NCBI GenBank assembly: GCA_965612865.1
Contig: CBFDTJ010000008.1
Coordinates: forward strand, 1-35,191
Origin: an uncultured bacterium
Lineage (GTDB): Bacteria; Caldisericota; Caldisericia; B22-G15
Direction of reading: 5' to 3'
Length of the DNA: 35,191 nucleotides
Part shown: positions 18,957 to 28,424 of the stretch, in pieces
Numbering within the stretch: the first letter of the stretch is position 1
Layout of the letters: each line of letters begins with the position of its first letter
Position numbers and translations under genes: made by a program
Notes under the pieces: model-generated
What the model was told of the DNA's origin: nothing
What the model saw: only the letters and a program-made list of their open reading frames with translations
The model's database searches: none

Positions 18957-20471
18957 ATGGGAAGAATACAGAAGATAAAAAAGGAGAGAAAACTTAAAGA
19001 GAAGGAGAAAACTGAAGGAAAGGAAAGGATAAAGAGCATTATAATAAAATCAATAATAATGTTCATAGTAGCTATCCTTGTTGCAGGAGGGATAACTTTT
19101 GCCCTCGCTTACAAGGATAGAGGCATTGAAGCAAAGGTTGGTTCCACTGTCGTTAAAAAGGCAGAAATAGAGAAAAGAGTTGAGGCTATAAAGAATCAAT
19201 ATAGAAGCATGGGAATAGATCCCGATGATCCTCAATACAAGTCAATAATAGAACAAATTGTAGAACAGACAAGAAATGATTTAATAAACCAGGCTGTTAT
19301 TGAAGAATATGCAAAGAGAAACGATGTAAAACCCACCGAAGAAGAGATAAAGAAGGAAGTGGATAGACAAATAGAGAACATAAAGAGTGGATTTGAGTCA
19401 GAGGAAGCTTATGAGAAGGCACTTGCCCAATCCAGATTTAAAAATGAGGAAAACCTAAGAAAAGAGATTGAAAAGTATGTAATTCCAGATATTCTTGAAA
19501 GAAAGGTGCTTGCACCAGTTTACTCAAAGATAAAAGTAACAGAAGAAGATGCCCTCAAGTACTTCAGCGAAATTACTCAGGTGCATGCAAGACATATTCT
19601 TATAAAGGTTCCTGAGGATGCCGATGAGAAAACCGTAGAGGAGAAAAAGAAATTAGCAGAGGAGATAAGAGACAAGATTTTAAATGGTGCAGATTTTGCT
19701 GAGATGGCAAAGAAATACTCAGATGATCCTGGAAGTAAAGATAAGGGAGGAGATCTTGGCTGGTTTGGTAGAGGCAAGATGGTGAAAGAGTTTGAGACTG
19801 CTGCTTTCTCTCTTAAACCTGGCGAAATAAGTCCTCCTGTAAAAACTAAATATGGTTTTCATATTATTCAGGTTCTTGGAGTAAAGACAAAGGGCGAAGC
19901 ATACAACAAGCCTGAAAGAGTAAAGGTTAAGCACATTCTCTTAAAAATAGACAAGAACATGACTCCTGAAGATAGAACGAAGAAACAGCAACTTGCAGAA
20001 AAGATATACAATGATCTTCTGAATGGCGCAAACTTTGATGAGCTTGCAAAGAAGTATTCTGAGGATGAGGCAACAAAAGATAAAGGTGGAGAACTTGGAG
20101 AGGTTGCAAAAGGAGCTAGAGGAGAAGACTGGGACAAGAATGTCTTTGTCCTTAACAAAGGTGAGTTTTCAAAACCTTTCCTTACATCTCAAGGCTATGA
20201 GATTGTGTTTGTAGAGGATAAATTTCCCGAAGTCAAAGCAAGGTTCGAGGATGTAAAAGACGATATTATCAAAAACCTTGAGACAAAGAGAAGAAATGAA
20301 GCTAAGAGAAAATGGCTCGAAGAGAAGAAGAAAGAGTTTGGAGTAAAAGAGGGGAACCTCTGGGATGAAATTACATCCTATTTAAAGAAGCATTTTCTTG
20401 ATCCCCTCAAGAATTGGCTCTCTAAAGTTAGAGAGTCAGTTCAGAGGAATTCTGGAGAGAATAATCCATAA
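18957..20471 (+). CDS. PrsA/SurA-like foldase with N-terminal TM anchor and two parvulin PPIase domains
   Basis: Basic N-terminus plus TM helix, SurA_N-like helical domain, PPIase 1 ([32 protein letters not shown]), PPIase 2 ([23 protein letters not shown]). Confidence 0.9.
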   Translation: MGRIQKIKKERKLKEKEKTEGKERIKSIIIKSIIMFIVAILVAGGITFALAYKDRGIEAKVGSTVVKKAEIEKRVEAIKNQYRSMGIDPDDPQYKSIIEQIVEQTRNDLINQAVIEEYAKRNDVKPTEEEIKKEVDRQIENIKSGFESEEAYEKALAQSRFKNEENLRKEIEKYVIPDILERKVLAPVYSKIKVTEEDALKYFSEITQVHARHILIKVPEDADEKTVEEKKKLAEEIRDKILNGADFAEMAKKYSDDPGSKDKGGDLGWFGRGKMVKEFETAAFSLKPGEISPPVKTKYGFHIIQVLGVKTKGEAYNKPERVKVKHILLKIDKNMTPEDRTKKQQLAEKIYNDLLNGANFDELAKKYSEDEATKDKGGELGEVAKGARGEDWDKNVFVLNKGEFSKPFLTSQGYEIVFVEDKFPEVKARFEDVKDDIIKNLETKRRNEAKRKWLEEKKKEFGVKEGNLWDEITSYLKKHFLDPLKNWLSKVRESVQRNSGENNP

Positions 20472-21586
20472 TGAAGAGACTTCTGGACAAGAAGAAAAAA
20501 AAGAAAATTAAAAAAACGCTTTTGAATATTTTTAGGTATGTGAGAATACCGCTTCTCATACTGATAATTATATTAGGTATTTCTCTCTGGATGTTCTCTC
20601 AAAGAGACATAGCAGCAACAGTTTTTAATGAGAAAATATATAAGGCAGAAGTTAATGCTGCTGTAAGAAGGAAGATAAAGGATTATGAAGATAAGAATAT
20701 AAAGCTTTCTCAGGCGGATATTGAAGCTATAAAGAAAAATACAATAAACGAAATGGTGGAGAATCTTCTTCTTGATCACTGGGCAAAAGAGCATGAAATC
20801 AGTGTTTCAGACAAAGAGGTTCAGGATGAAATAGAAAGAATGAGGAAAGCAACAGGACTTTCTAAAGATGAAATCTATAAACAAGCACTGAGTAAATTCC
20901 AGCTCCTTGAGTCAGATATAGAAACTATAGTGAGGGAAGCTCTTCTCTCAGATAAGGTTTACGCCTCTGTTTTGAAAGACTTAAAAATTACCGATGAAGA
21001 GGCGTGGGATTATTTTATAGAAAGAACCAGGTTCTATGCTGGAGCAAGGAGGGTTTCTCACATCTTTTTAGTTATTGACCCAGCTAAGGATAAGCCGGAA
21101 GATGTAAAGAAAAAAATAGAGAAACTTGAAGAGATAAGGAATCGCATCCTTAATGGAGAAGATTTTGGAAAACTCGCCCAGGAATTTTCAGATGATGAGT
21201 CTACAAAGGATAAAGGAGGAGATCTTGGCTGGTTTAGAAAAGGGACAATTTCCGATTCAGCACTTTCAAAGGCTGTATTCTCAATGGATAAAGGAGATGT
21301 GAGTGAAGTAATAAGAGGAAAGTTTGGACTCCATATAGTGAAAATAACAGATGTTGTTCCAGAGAACCTGTCTTCACTCTCAGAGGAAGAAAAGAGGGCA
21401 TACTTTGAGAAGATTAAAGAGCTTGTAAAGGGAGATATGATGTACACAAAGGCTGAAGAAAGGATTAAAGAGTTTAACAAATCACTATGGGAGATGTATA
21501 ATAAAGATATAAAGATAGGAAATCCATGGGATAACTTTGTTTCATGGATTAAGACAATAATTAAAAAAATAGAGGGAAAAGGATGA
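20471..21586 (+). CDS. Second PrsA-like foldase with one parvulin domain
   Basis: Lys-rich N-terminus plus TM helix, SurA_N-like domain, VSHIFL, FSDD, GGDLGWF, FGLHIVKI. Confidence 0.9.
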   Translation: MKRLLDKKKKKKIKKTLLNIFRYVRIPLLILIIILGISLWMFSQRDIAATVFNEKIYKAEVNAAVRRKIKDYEDKNIKLSQADIEAIKKNTINEMVENLLLDHWAKEHEISVSDKEVQDEIERMRKATGLSKDEIYKQALSKFQLLESDIETIVREALLSDKVYASVLKDLKITDEEAWDYFIERTRFYAGARRVSHIFLVIDPAKDKPEDVKKKIEKLEEIRNRILNGEDFGKLAQEFSDDESTKDKGGDLGWFRKGTISDSALSKAVFSMDKGDVSEVIRGKFGLHIVKITDVVPENLSSLSEEEKRAYFEKIKELVKGDMMYTKAEERIKEFNKSLWEMYNKDIKIGNPWDNFVSWIKTIIKKIEGKG

Positions 21587-22470
21587 GCAAGAAGGGATGG
21601 ATTATTTTATTGATAGTTGTTTTGATAATAGTGGGAGGAGCCTTCTATTTTCTTACAGCAAACCACATAGAAGGGCTTGTGTATGACTCCAAAACAGGAA
21701 AGGTCTTAAGTGGTGCCATAGTAACAATAAATAAACTTACAAAACTTGAAACAGACGAAGAGGGAAAGTTCAGAGCCTTTGCTCCACCTATGAAGAAGGT
21801 AATAACAGTGGAGAAACCCGGATACAAAACATTTGAAGAAGCTTTTCCATCAAAGTTTGGCCTTCAGGTTATAGAGATATCCCTTGAGCCCTTTACATTC
21901 AGTGAGCTGGTGGAGGATTTCAAGGAAAGAGTGTCTACCCTTAAAAGTTATAATGCAAAATACTTTATCGAAAGTGAGGTTGATGGTAAAAAGGATACCT
22001 TCTCAATACAGCTCTCATACTCCCTTGGAAAAGGAATCCATTTTGTATCTGAGGAGGAAGGAGAAAATACATCATTTACCGAAGTCTATATACTTAAGGA
22101 CTATGTGTATTTAAGAGACGGAAAGGACAAGGAATTTAAAAAAGTTGAAAAGGAAGAATCAGAGAATATTCCAATTCTGAAACTCTCAGATGTGGTAGAC
22201 TTTTTCACCATGAAAGCAGAACCTTCTTCTTTCTCGTTCTTGAAGGAAACAACCTTTGGTGATGAGAAGTGTGTTGTATTTAAAATTCAATGGGAAGATG
22301 CCTTTTCTGAATCCAGTGGTTTTGTTTATCTTGGCGAAGAGAGTGGAATCATAAGAAAAATATCTGTTGTAGATAAAGGATTTAACGAAGAGGGGAAGAC
22401 TGTAACTACAAAGGTAAGTTTTGTTGTAGAGGATATAAACAAACCGGTAGAGATAAGCCCGCCCTCTTAA
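21583..22470 (+). CDS. Membrane-anchored exported protein: carboxypeptidase-regulatory-like beta sandwich plus possible LolA/LppX-like domain
   Basis: N-terminal TM; GLVYDSKTGKVLSGAIVTI..TDEEGKF..VEKPGY; beta-rich C-terminus ending DINKPVEISPP. Confidence 0.55.
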   Translation: MSKKGWIILLIVVLIIVGGAFYFLTANHIEGLVYDSKTGKVLSGAIVTINKLTKLETDEEGKFRAFAPPMKKVITVEKPGYKTFEEAFPSKFGLQVIEISLEPFTFSELVEDFKERVSTLKSYNAKYFIESEVDGKKDTFSIQLSYSLGKGIHFVSEEEGENTSFTEVYILKDYVYLRDGKDKEFKKVEKEESENIPILKLSDVVDFFTMKAEPSSFSFLKETTFGDEKCVVFKIQWEDAFSESSGFVYLGEESGIIRKISVVDKGFNEEGKTVTTKVSFVVEDINKPVEISPPS

Positions 22471-23009
22471 TCCATTGCCTGGGAGAAAAGGGTAGGTATT
22501 TCTTCGCCTATTCCTATAAGTCTTACAACCTTAAGATCTGTTTCTTCATTTTTGAGGAACTCTTTCACAGTTTCATATATTATTTTTGTTCCCTTTTTCT
22601 TTGGAAAACCGAATATCCCACAGCTTACAGCAGGTATGGAGATACTTTCAAGTTTTTTTTCTGTTGCCAACCTGAGAACACTCAAGATAGCTTTCTTTAA
22701 CTTCCTCTCCTCATCTCCCTCTCCCCATACAGGACCAACTGTATGTATCACATACTTTGATGGAAGGTTTCCAGCAGTTGTTATTACGGCATCTCCAGTG
22801 TTTAAAGGTCCATTCTTTTCCACAATTTCGTTACTCTCTTCTTGTATTATGCGGCCTCCGGCTCTTACAATAGCTCCTGCTACGCCGCCACCATGGGATA
22901 GATACTTATTTGCAGCATTAACTATTGCATCAACTTCTTCCTTTGTAATATCTCCTCTAACCACCTGAATAATCTTATCCTTTATCTTCTTTTCTTTCAA
23001 AATTTTCAT
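22467..23009 (-). CDS. MacroD-type macrodomain (ADP-ribose-binding / O-acetyl-ADP-ribose deacetylase, YmdB-like)
   Basis: GDIT, DAIVNAAN, HGGGVAGAI, VIHTVGP, PAVSCGIFGFP. Confidence 0.93.
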   Translation of the reverse strand: MKILKEKKIKDKIIQVVRGDITKEEVDAIVNAANKYLSHGGGVAGAIVRAGGRIIQEESNEIVEKNGPLNTGDAVITTAGNLPSKYVIHTVGPVWGEGDEERKLKKAILSVLRLATEKKLESISIPAVSCGIFGFPKKKGTKIIYETVKEFLKNEETDLKVVRLIGIGEEIPTLFSQAMD

Positions 23010-23034
23010 GTCTTCCTCCTTCTTTATACTTTCC

Positions 23035-23058
23035 TAAAATAAATTATAATTTATTTTA
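23035..23058. promoter_or_regulatory. Perfect 24-bp palindrome with TATAAT on both strands; candidate bidirectional promoter/operator
   Basis: TAAAATAAATTATAATTTATTTTA equals its own reverse complement. It sits between divergent genes that each have an AGGAGG RBS. Confidence 0.7.
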
Positions 23059-23070
23059 AGGAGGATAAAA

Positions 23071-23568
23071 GTGAAAAAGAAAAAAACATGGAGGGAAAAG
23101 TTATTGGATAAAAAGGACCTCCCAAAGGTTGTTGAACTAACGGGGAAATTAAAAGATAAATTTGGTGAAGGGACCATGGTAATTCCAGCTCCCATAGAAG
23201 TGGATGAAATTATGAGATTTGTCCCATTTGGAAAACTGATAACAGTTAATGAGATAAGAGAGATTCTTAGAATAAAACATAATACAACAACTGCGTGTCC
23301 TTTAACCACCGGTATATTTGTGTGGATTTCAGCAAATGCTGCTGAGGATGATAGAAGAGAGGGAAAGAAAAATATAACTCCATACTGGAGAACTTTGAAG
23401 AGTGGAGGTTTTTTAAATCCGAAGTATCCTGGAGGTGATGAGAATCATAAGGTCTTACTTGAAATGGAGGGACATAAGGTTTTAAAAAAGGGTAAAAAAT
23501 TCTTTGTTAAGGATTATAAAAATAGCGTTGTGGACATTGAGGAAATACTTACAAAACTTAGCCTTTAA
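23071..23568 (+). CDS. MGMT-family / alkyltransferase-like DNA-binding protein
   Basis: VPFGKLITVNEI (HTH start) and PYWRTL where active alkyltransferases have PCHRV; LEMEG; GTG start after AAGGAGG. Confidence 0.75.
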   Translation: MKKKKTWREKLLDKKDLPKVVELTGKLKDKFGEGTMVIPAPIEVDEIMRFVPFGKLITVNEIREILRIKHNTTTACPLTTGIFVWISANAAEDDRREGKKNITPYWRTLKSGGFLNPKYPGGDENHKVLLEMEGHKVLKKGKKFFVKDYKNSVVDIEEILTKLSL

Positions 23569-24112
23569 AGAAAAAGCTTCTAAGTGGAGTATAAATTGGA
23601 CCCTTTGGGGTAAGCTTTGATTCAAATAGAATCAATCTATCTATTGTAAACGATGATGTAGTTAGATTTTCTTCCTTTAAAAGCTTTACTTCGCTCTCAT
23701 TAAGTCCAAATTTCGCCCTTCCAATGGTAAGATGAGGAACAAAGTTTTCCTTTCTTATCTTTAAGAATCTACTAAATTCCGTGTAAAGAGTTGAATATAT
23801 AGACTTCATTTCATCGCTTCCCTCTTTTACCCCAATCCACACAACCCTTACCCTTCTTTCATTGGGAAAAAAGGATAAACCGTTTAATCTGACATTGAAC
23901 TTCTTTAAAAGATGGATTTTGCCATTTATTACAGATTCTATTCTTTCTACCTGTCTTTCTTCCACCTCTCCAAAGAAAAATATGGTGAAGTGAAGATTCT
24001 CTTCCTCAACCCACTTTACCCTTGATTTTATTCTTTTTGAGACTTCTTTTACGAAGGAATTCACTCTTTTTCTTACATCTTCCCTTATCGGCAAAGCAAG
24101 AAAGGTTCTCAT
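23558..24112 (-). CDS. thpR: RNA 2',3'-cyclic phosphodiesterase (2H phosphoesterase)
   Basis: MRTFLAL, two HxT motifs (NLHFTI, PHLTIGR), RVVWIG, FESKLTPKGPIY. Confidence 0.93.
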   Translation of the reverse strand: MRTFLALPIREDVRKRVNSFVKEVSKRIKSRVKWVEEENLHFTIFFFGEVEERQVERIESVINGKIHLLKKFNVRLNGLSFFPNERRVRVVWIGVKEGSDEMKSIYSTLYTEFSRFLKIRKENFVPHLTIGRAKFGLNESEVKLLKEENLTTSSFTIDRLILFESKLTPKGPIYTPLRSFFFKG

Positions 24113-24137
24113 TCATCCCTCCTTTGTTTTTATACTG

Positions 24138-24166
24138 ATTATATAATATTTTCCTTATGGTATAAT
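24138..24166. promoter_or_regulatory. Divergent -10 elements for thpR (-) and the 24199 operon (+)
   Basis: Minus-strand TATAAT at 24143-24138; plus-strand TGgTATAAT at 24158-24166. Small inverted repeat AAGGAT-AAA-ATCCTT just before the plus-strand RBS. Confidence 0.5.
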
Positions 24167-24198
24167 ATGAAGGATAAAATCCTTAAGGAGGACTAACC

Positions 24199-25251
24199 AT
24201 GAAAAAACATATTGAAGATTTTATACTTAAAGTATATTCTCTTCATCCTCATTTTTTATTTGTTGTTAATTTTATTATCTTCCTTCTTCTTATCGCCCTT
24301 CTAGTACCCTCTTTAAATCAAAATCCTGAATTTATTTTAAGACTGAAGACATTATCTCTAACCCAGACCTATCTTAACAAATTTACTTTTCTTAAAAACC
24401 CATTTGTTTATCTTATTTTTTCTATTGTCTTTGGAGCTCTTATATTTCTTGGAAATATCTTTCTATCATGGATTGGAATTCCTCTATTTTACATCTCCTA
24501 TTTCTTTATTGAAAACATGAAGAGATTCACCTATATCTTTACAGGGAGAGGGACACTGATTGCCCTCAATCTTCCAGAAAAAACAGTTAAGGGGTTTTCA
24601 GTTTACTTCTCTACTTTCCCTGCTAACATATTCGAAGCCTTCGGATATTTTATCTCCCTTGCAGCAGGCCTATTTGTGCTTGTCTACTTTGGTGTATTTA
24701 TGTACAGAACAATAAGGGAAAAATTTCCGAAGATAAAGGCCTTATGGGGCAAGATAAGTACCTTTGTAATTTTTATCCTTATTCCCCATCTTATAATCCT
24801 TTTCTTTATATTAAGGGAAGTTTTAAAGGACATGAAGATAATTTCTCTGAGGGGTCCATTTCTTGCAGTAATTCTTGTCTACCTTGTTTCAGTGGGATCC
24901 CATTTCTTCTCTTTTGTTGGAAAAGAGGTAAAGAAGGGAAAGGATAAAAAACCATCTGAGTTTCTCTCTGAGGGTTTAACTCTTGGTCTATTTTTTATTC
25001 CTATAGGGCTAACCTCCTTACTTATAGGTATAATTTTAAAGAACACACTTTCCTTTAGAATTCTTTTACCTCTGTTTGAGAAGATGAATCCATCTTCCAG
25101 CACACTTTTAATTTTAAATATAATAGGAATTATCCTTTATGTTCTATCAATTGTGCTTCCATTCTGGTATGTATTTTACAATGCTAAAAGATGGAGCAAG
25201 AAAATCCTTAATGAAAGGAAGGTATCCAGGAAAAAGAGGAGGAAGAAATGA
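24199..25251 (+). CDS. Hypothetical polytopic membrane protein
   Basis: 350 aa with about 7-8 hydrophobic segments and a basic C-terminal tail; AAGGAGG RBS; no family recognised. Confidence 0.75.
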   Translation: MKKHIEDFILKVYSLHPHFLFVVNFIIFLLLIALLVPSLNQNPEFILRLKTLSLTQTYLNKFTFLKNPFVYLIFSIVFGALIFLGNIFLSWIGIPLFYISYFFIENMKRFTYIFTGRGTLIALNLPEKTVKGFSVYFSTFPANIFEAFGYFISLAAGLFVLVYFGVFMYRTIREKFPKIKALWGKISTFVIFILIPHLIILFFILREVLKDMKIISLRGPFLAVILVYLVSVGSHFFSFVGKEVKKGKDKKPSEFLSEGLTLGLFFIPIGLTSLLIGIILKNTLSFRILLPLFEKMNPSSSTLLILNIIGIILYVLSIVLPFWYVFYNAKRWSKKILNERKVSRKKRRKK

Positions 25252-25775
25252 TAAAAAGATTGATAATTGTATCTCTTTTACTTGTATTACTCATTTCCTG
25301 CTCTGCAGGAACAGAGAGCGAAACCAATAAACCTAAATTGGATACTTCAAATAGAAAAGAAGCACCAGATTTTACACTATCCACCCTTGATGGTGGGGTT
25401 ATATCTCTATCGGAGCTCAGGGGAAAGGTTGTTCTTTTAGATTTTTGGGCTACATGGTGTGGCCCATGTAGAAGATCAACTCCAATAATAGTTTCAATCT
25501 ACAATGAATATCATAAAAGGGGCTTTGTAGCCTTAGGTATAAATCTTGACAGAGAAAACGACATGGATAAAGTTGCTCAATATGTTAATGAAAACAATAT
25601 GGATTACCCAATACTTATAAATGCCTTTAGTGTTGCAGAGGTATATAAAGTTACGGGAATTCCAAGATTTGTTCTTATTGATAAACAGGGAAGGATAGTT
25701 ATAGAGATAGAAGGACTTGTTCCAGATTTGAAGGCAAAGCTTGAGCAATATATAGAGACACTTCTAACTGAATAA
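25248..25775 (+). CDS. TlpA/ResA-family thiol-disulfide oxidoreductase, lipoprotein
   Basis: Lipobox-like LLISC, APDFTL, DFWATWCGPC, GIP cis-Pro motif. Confidence 0.9.
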   Translation: MIKRLIIVSLLLVLLISCSAGTESETNKPKLDTSNRKEAPDFTLSTLDGGVISLSELRGKVVLLDFWATWCGPCRRSTPIIVSIYNEYHKRGFVALGINLDRENDMDKVAQYVNENNMDYPILINAFSVAEVYKVTGIPRFVLIDKQGRIVIEIEGLVPDLKAKLEQYIETLLTE

Positions 25776-25780
25776 AGGGG

Positions 25781-26299
25781 GTGATTCAGTTGATTTTAAA
25801 AGAGATACTTGAGAGGTACAGCGTTAGAAAGTACCTTGATAAAGATGTGGAGGAGGAGAAATTAAGAGAGGTCCTTGAAGCTGGAAGGCTTGCACCCTCT
25901 GCATGCAACTACCAACCATGGAAGTTCATAGTTGTAAGGGATAAAGAGACAAGAAGAAAGATTGCAGAACCAACCACATGGGGTAAATTCATTGCTGAAG
26001 CACCTGTCCTTATTGTTGCTTGTAAAGTTAGAGATGGTTTTCCCATGGGTTATTGGTTTGATAGCGCTGTTCTTGATATAGGCATTGCCGTAGACCACAT
26101 GACCCTTCAGGCAACCCATCTTGGTCTTGGAACATGCTGGATAGGTGATTTTAATGAGAAAATCGTTAAAGAGTTGCTTAAAATTCCAGAAAATGTGAGG
26201 GTGGTTACACTTCTCACCCTTGGCTATCCTAAAGAAAAAAAGGTGCCAAAGAAGAGAAGAAAACCATTTGATGAAGTTGTGTCCTTTGAAAAGTTCTAA
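25781..26299 (+). CDS. Nitroreductase family protein
   Basis: RYSVRKY, APSACNYQPWKFIVV, GLGTCWIG, LGYP. Confidence 0.92.
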   Translation: MIQLILKEILERYSVRKYLDKDVEEEKLREVLEAGRLAPSACNYQPWKFIVVRDKETRRKIAEPTTWGKFIAEAPVLIVACKVRDGFPMGYWFDSAVLDIGIAVDHMTLQATHLGLGTCWIGDFNEKIVKELLKIPENVRVVTLLTLGYPKEKKVPKKRRKPFDEVVSFEKF

Positions 26300-26319
26300 A
26301 AACCTACTAAAATTAGAAT

Positions 26320-26934
26320 ATGGGAAAATTTGTTGTTGCCATATGTGGAAATATTGGGGTTGGAAAATCCACACTGGCAAAGATACTTTCTAAGAAATGG
26401 AACTTCTCCATTGTTCCTGAACCTCAGGACAGGAACCCCTTTTTAAAAAATTTCTATAAGGATCCAAAGAGATGGGCACTCCACTCACAGCTCTTTTTCC
26501 TTCTCTCTCGCCTTAAAATTCTTGAGATTATCGAAAAGAGCTCAGATTCCTTTATAATAGACAGAACCATCTATGAAGATGCAGAAATCTTTGCTAAACT
26601 TGTTCTAACAAAAAGAGAGTATAATTTATATAAAGAAGTTTATAATAGAGTAATAAAGGATTTTCCTTCACCCCATCTTCTTATATATCTTTATGCTCCA
26701 GTTAAGGTTTTAAAAAAGAGGATAGAGATGAGGGGAAGAGTTTATGAAAAGAGTATAAAAACAAGTTATTTGAAGAGATTAAATGAAGCCTATGAGGGAT
26801 GGATAGAAGGCTTTAATTTATGTCCAGTTTACAGACTGAACACAGAAGAGTTTGATTTGAACAATCTATTTTCAAATCTCTCAAAGGTTATAGATGATAT
26901 TGAGAAATTTTTCTGGGAAGGAAGAAAGAGATGA
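26320..26934 (+). CDS. Deoxynucleoside kinase (dCK/dAK/dGK family)
   Basis: GNIGVGKST, QLFFLLSR, DRTIYED, RGRVYE, YLKRLNEAY. Confidence 0.9.
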   Translation: MGKFVVAICGNIGVGKSTLAKILSKKWNFSIVPEPQDRNPFLKNFYKDPKRWALHSQLFFLLSRLKILEIIEKSSDSFIIDRTIYEDAEIFAKLVLTKREYNLYKEVYNRVIKDFPSPHLLIYLYAPVKVLKKRIEMRGRVYEKSIKTSYLKRLNEAYEGWIEGFNLCPVYRLNTEEFDLNNLFSNLSKVIDDIEKFFWEGRKR

Positions 26935-28424
26935 CAAGAGAAGAGGAACTAAGAAAACTAAGTGAGTTTGAAAAGGAAGCTTTTATGTCAGTTCTACCCC
27001 CACATGTAAGGAGGGAACTGGAAAAATTGAATAGATGGGAGAGCCTCATTGAGGTAGTACTTGATCTTGGAAGGAGATCTGAAGCAAGATTCTCTGATTC
27101 TTTTCAGTATCTATCTGATCAACCTGTGTCCCGTGAAGATATAGAGTATGTAAGGAGTAGAGTTGGCGAGTTTGACAGAGATAATAGAGCAGGGATTGAA
27201 AGAACTCTTCACAGAATCTCCTGCATAAGAAACAGAAGAGGGGCTATAGTTGGTCTAACTTTAAGGGTTGGAAGGGCAATATATGGAACTATAGATATTG
27301 TAAGGGACCTCTTTGAGACAGGAAAAAGCGTTTTACTCCTGGGACGCCCTGGAGTTGGAAAGACAACCCTTTTAAGAGAGGCTGCAAGGGTTTTAAGTGA
27401 CGAATTAAAGAAGAGGGTGGTTGTTGTGGATACCTCCAATGAAATTGGCGGGGATGGAGATATACCCCATCCTGCCATAGGTTCAGCAAGAAGAATGCAG
27501 GTTCCATTTGGAAGAACTCAAGCTGATGTGATGATAGAAGCTGTTGAGAACCATATGCCTGAGGTGATAATAATTGATGAGATTGGAAGAAAAGATGAAG
27601 CTGAGGCATGTAGAACCATTGCAGAGAGAGGAGTGCAACTCATTGCCACTGCCCATGGAAATACCCTTGATAATTTACTTATAAACCCTGTTCTCTCCGA
27701 CCTTCTCGGAGGAATTACAACAGTTATACTTGGTGATGAGGAGGCTCAGAGAAGAGGAACGCAGAAAACTGTGCTTGAAAGGTCTTCACCCCCTTCTTTT
27801 GATATCTTGGTAGAAATAAGAGACAGAGACACCCTTGCAGTTTACTATGATGTTGCTGAGGTTGTAGATAAGTATTTACGTGGCTATCCTTTAAATCCTG
27901 AGATAAGAAGGAGAAAAGAAGGAGGGAAGATTGAAATAAAATCTGAAAGAGAGATAGAAAAACTTCCCAAATACAAGCCTTTGAAGATTTTCACATACGG
28001 TGTCTCAAGAGATTATCTTGAGCAGGGTTTAAGGTCTGTGGGGCTGGATTGGGAGTTTGTTAACGATCTTGATGAAGCTGAGGCACTGATAATATCAAAA
28101 ACTCAGGAGAGGAGAAATCCAGGGCTTGTAAGGGAGGCGCAGAAGAGGGGAATAGAAGTTTTAAGGGTTAAATCTAATACAAAGAAGCAGATTAGAAAAC
28201 TATGCATTGATTTAAGGAACACTTTTCTGGATAGAAAGAGGGACTATATAAAGGAGATAGAGGAGGGGGTAAGAGAGGTTCTTGCCACAGGAAAACCTTA
28301 TCCCCTTTATCCTGCTCCGGCAGAAATAAGAAAAATACAGCATAGAATTATAAGAGAGTTTGGTTTAAGATCTGAGAGTCAAGGAGAGGAGCCATTTAGA
28401 TGCGTGATAATATTTCCAAAATAG
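26931..28424 (+). CDS. Ycf45/SpoIIIAA-like AAA ATPase with C-terminal R3H-like domain
   Basis: DNRAGIERTLHRIS, GRPGVGKTT, DTSNEIGGDGD.PH, EAVENHMP, IDEIG, TAHG; C-terminal RKIQH and SQGEEPFR. Confidence 0.88.
   Translation: MTREEELRKLSEFEKEAFMSVLPPHVRRELEKLNRWESLIEVVLDLGRRSEARFSDSFQYLSDQPVSREDIEYVRSRVGEFDRDNRAGIERTLHRISCIRNRRGAIVGLTLRVGRAIYGTIDIVRDLFETGKSVLLLGRPGVGKTTLLREAARVLSDELKKRVVVVDTSNEIGGDGDIPHPAIGSARRMQVPFGRTQADVMIEAVENHMPEVIIIDEIGRKDEAEACRTIAERGVQLIATAHGNTLDNLLINPVLSDLLGGITTVILGDEEAQRRGTQKTVLERSSPPSFDILVEIRDRDTLAVYYDVAEVVDKYLRGYPLNPEIRRRKEGGKIEIKSEREIEKLPKYKPLKIFTYGVSRDYLEQGLRSVGLDWEFVNDLDEAEALIISKTQERRNPGLVREAQKRGIEVLRVKSNTKKQIRKLCIDLRNTFLDRKRDYIKEIEEGVREVLATGKPYPLYPAPAEIRKIQHRIIREFGLRSESQGEEPFRCVIIFPK

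Noticed and set aside
19740..21235. 27-nt near-identical direct repeat (19740-19766 and 21209-21235)
   Set aside because: It encodes the conserved parvulin motif DKGGDLGWF in two paralogues; not CRISPR or a mobile repeat.
22467..23009. Macrodomain as a DarG antitoxin or anti-phage component
   Set aside because: Standalone MacroD-type protein with no adjacent DarT, sirtuin or other defence gene.
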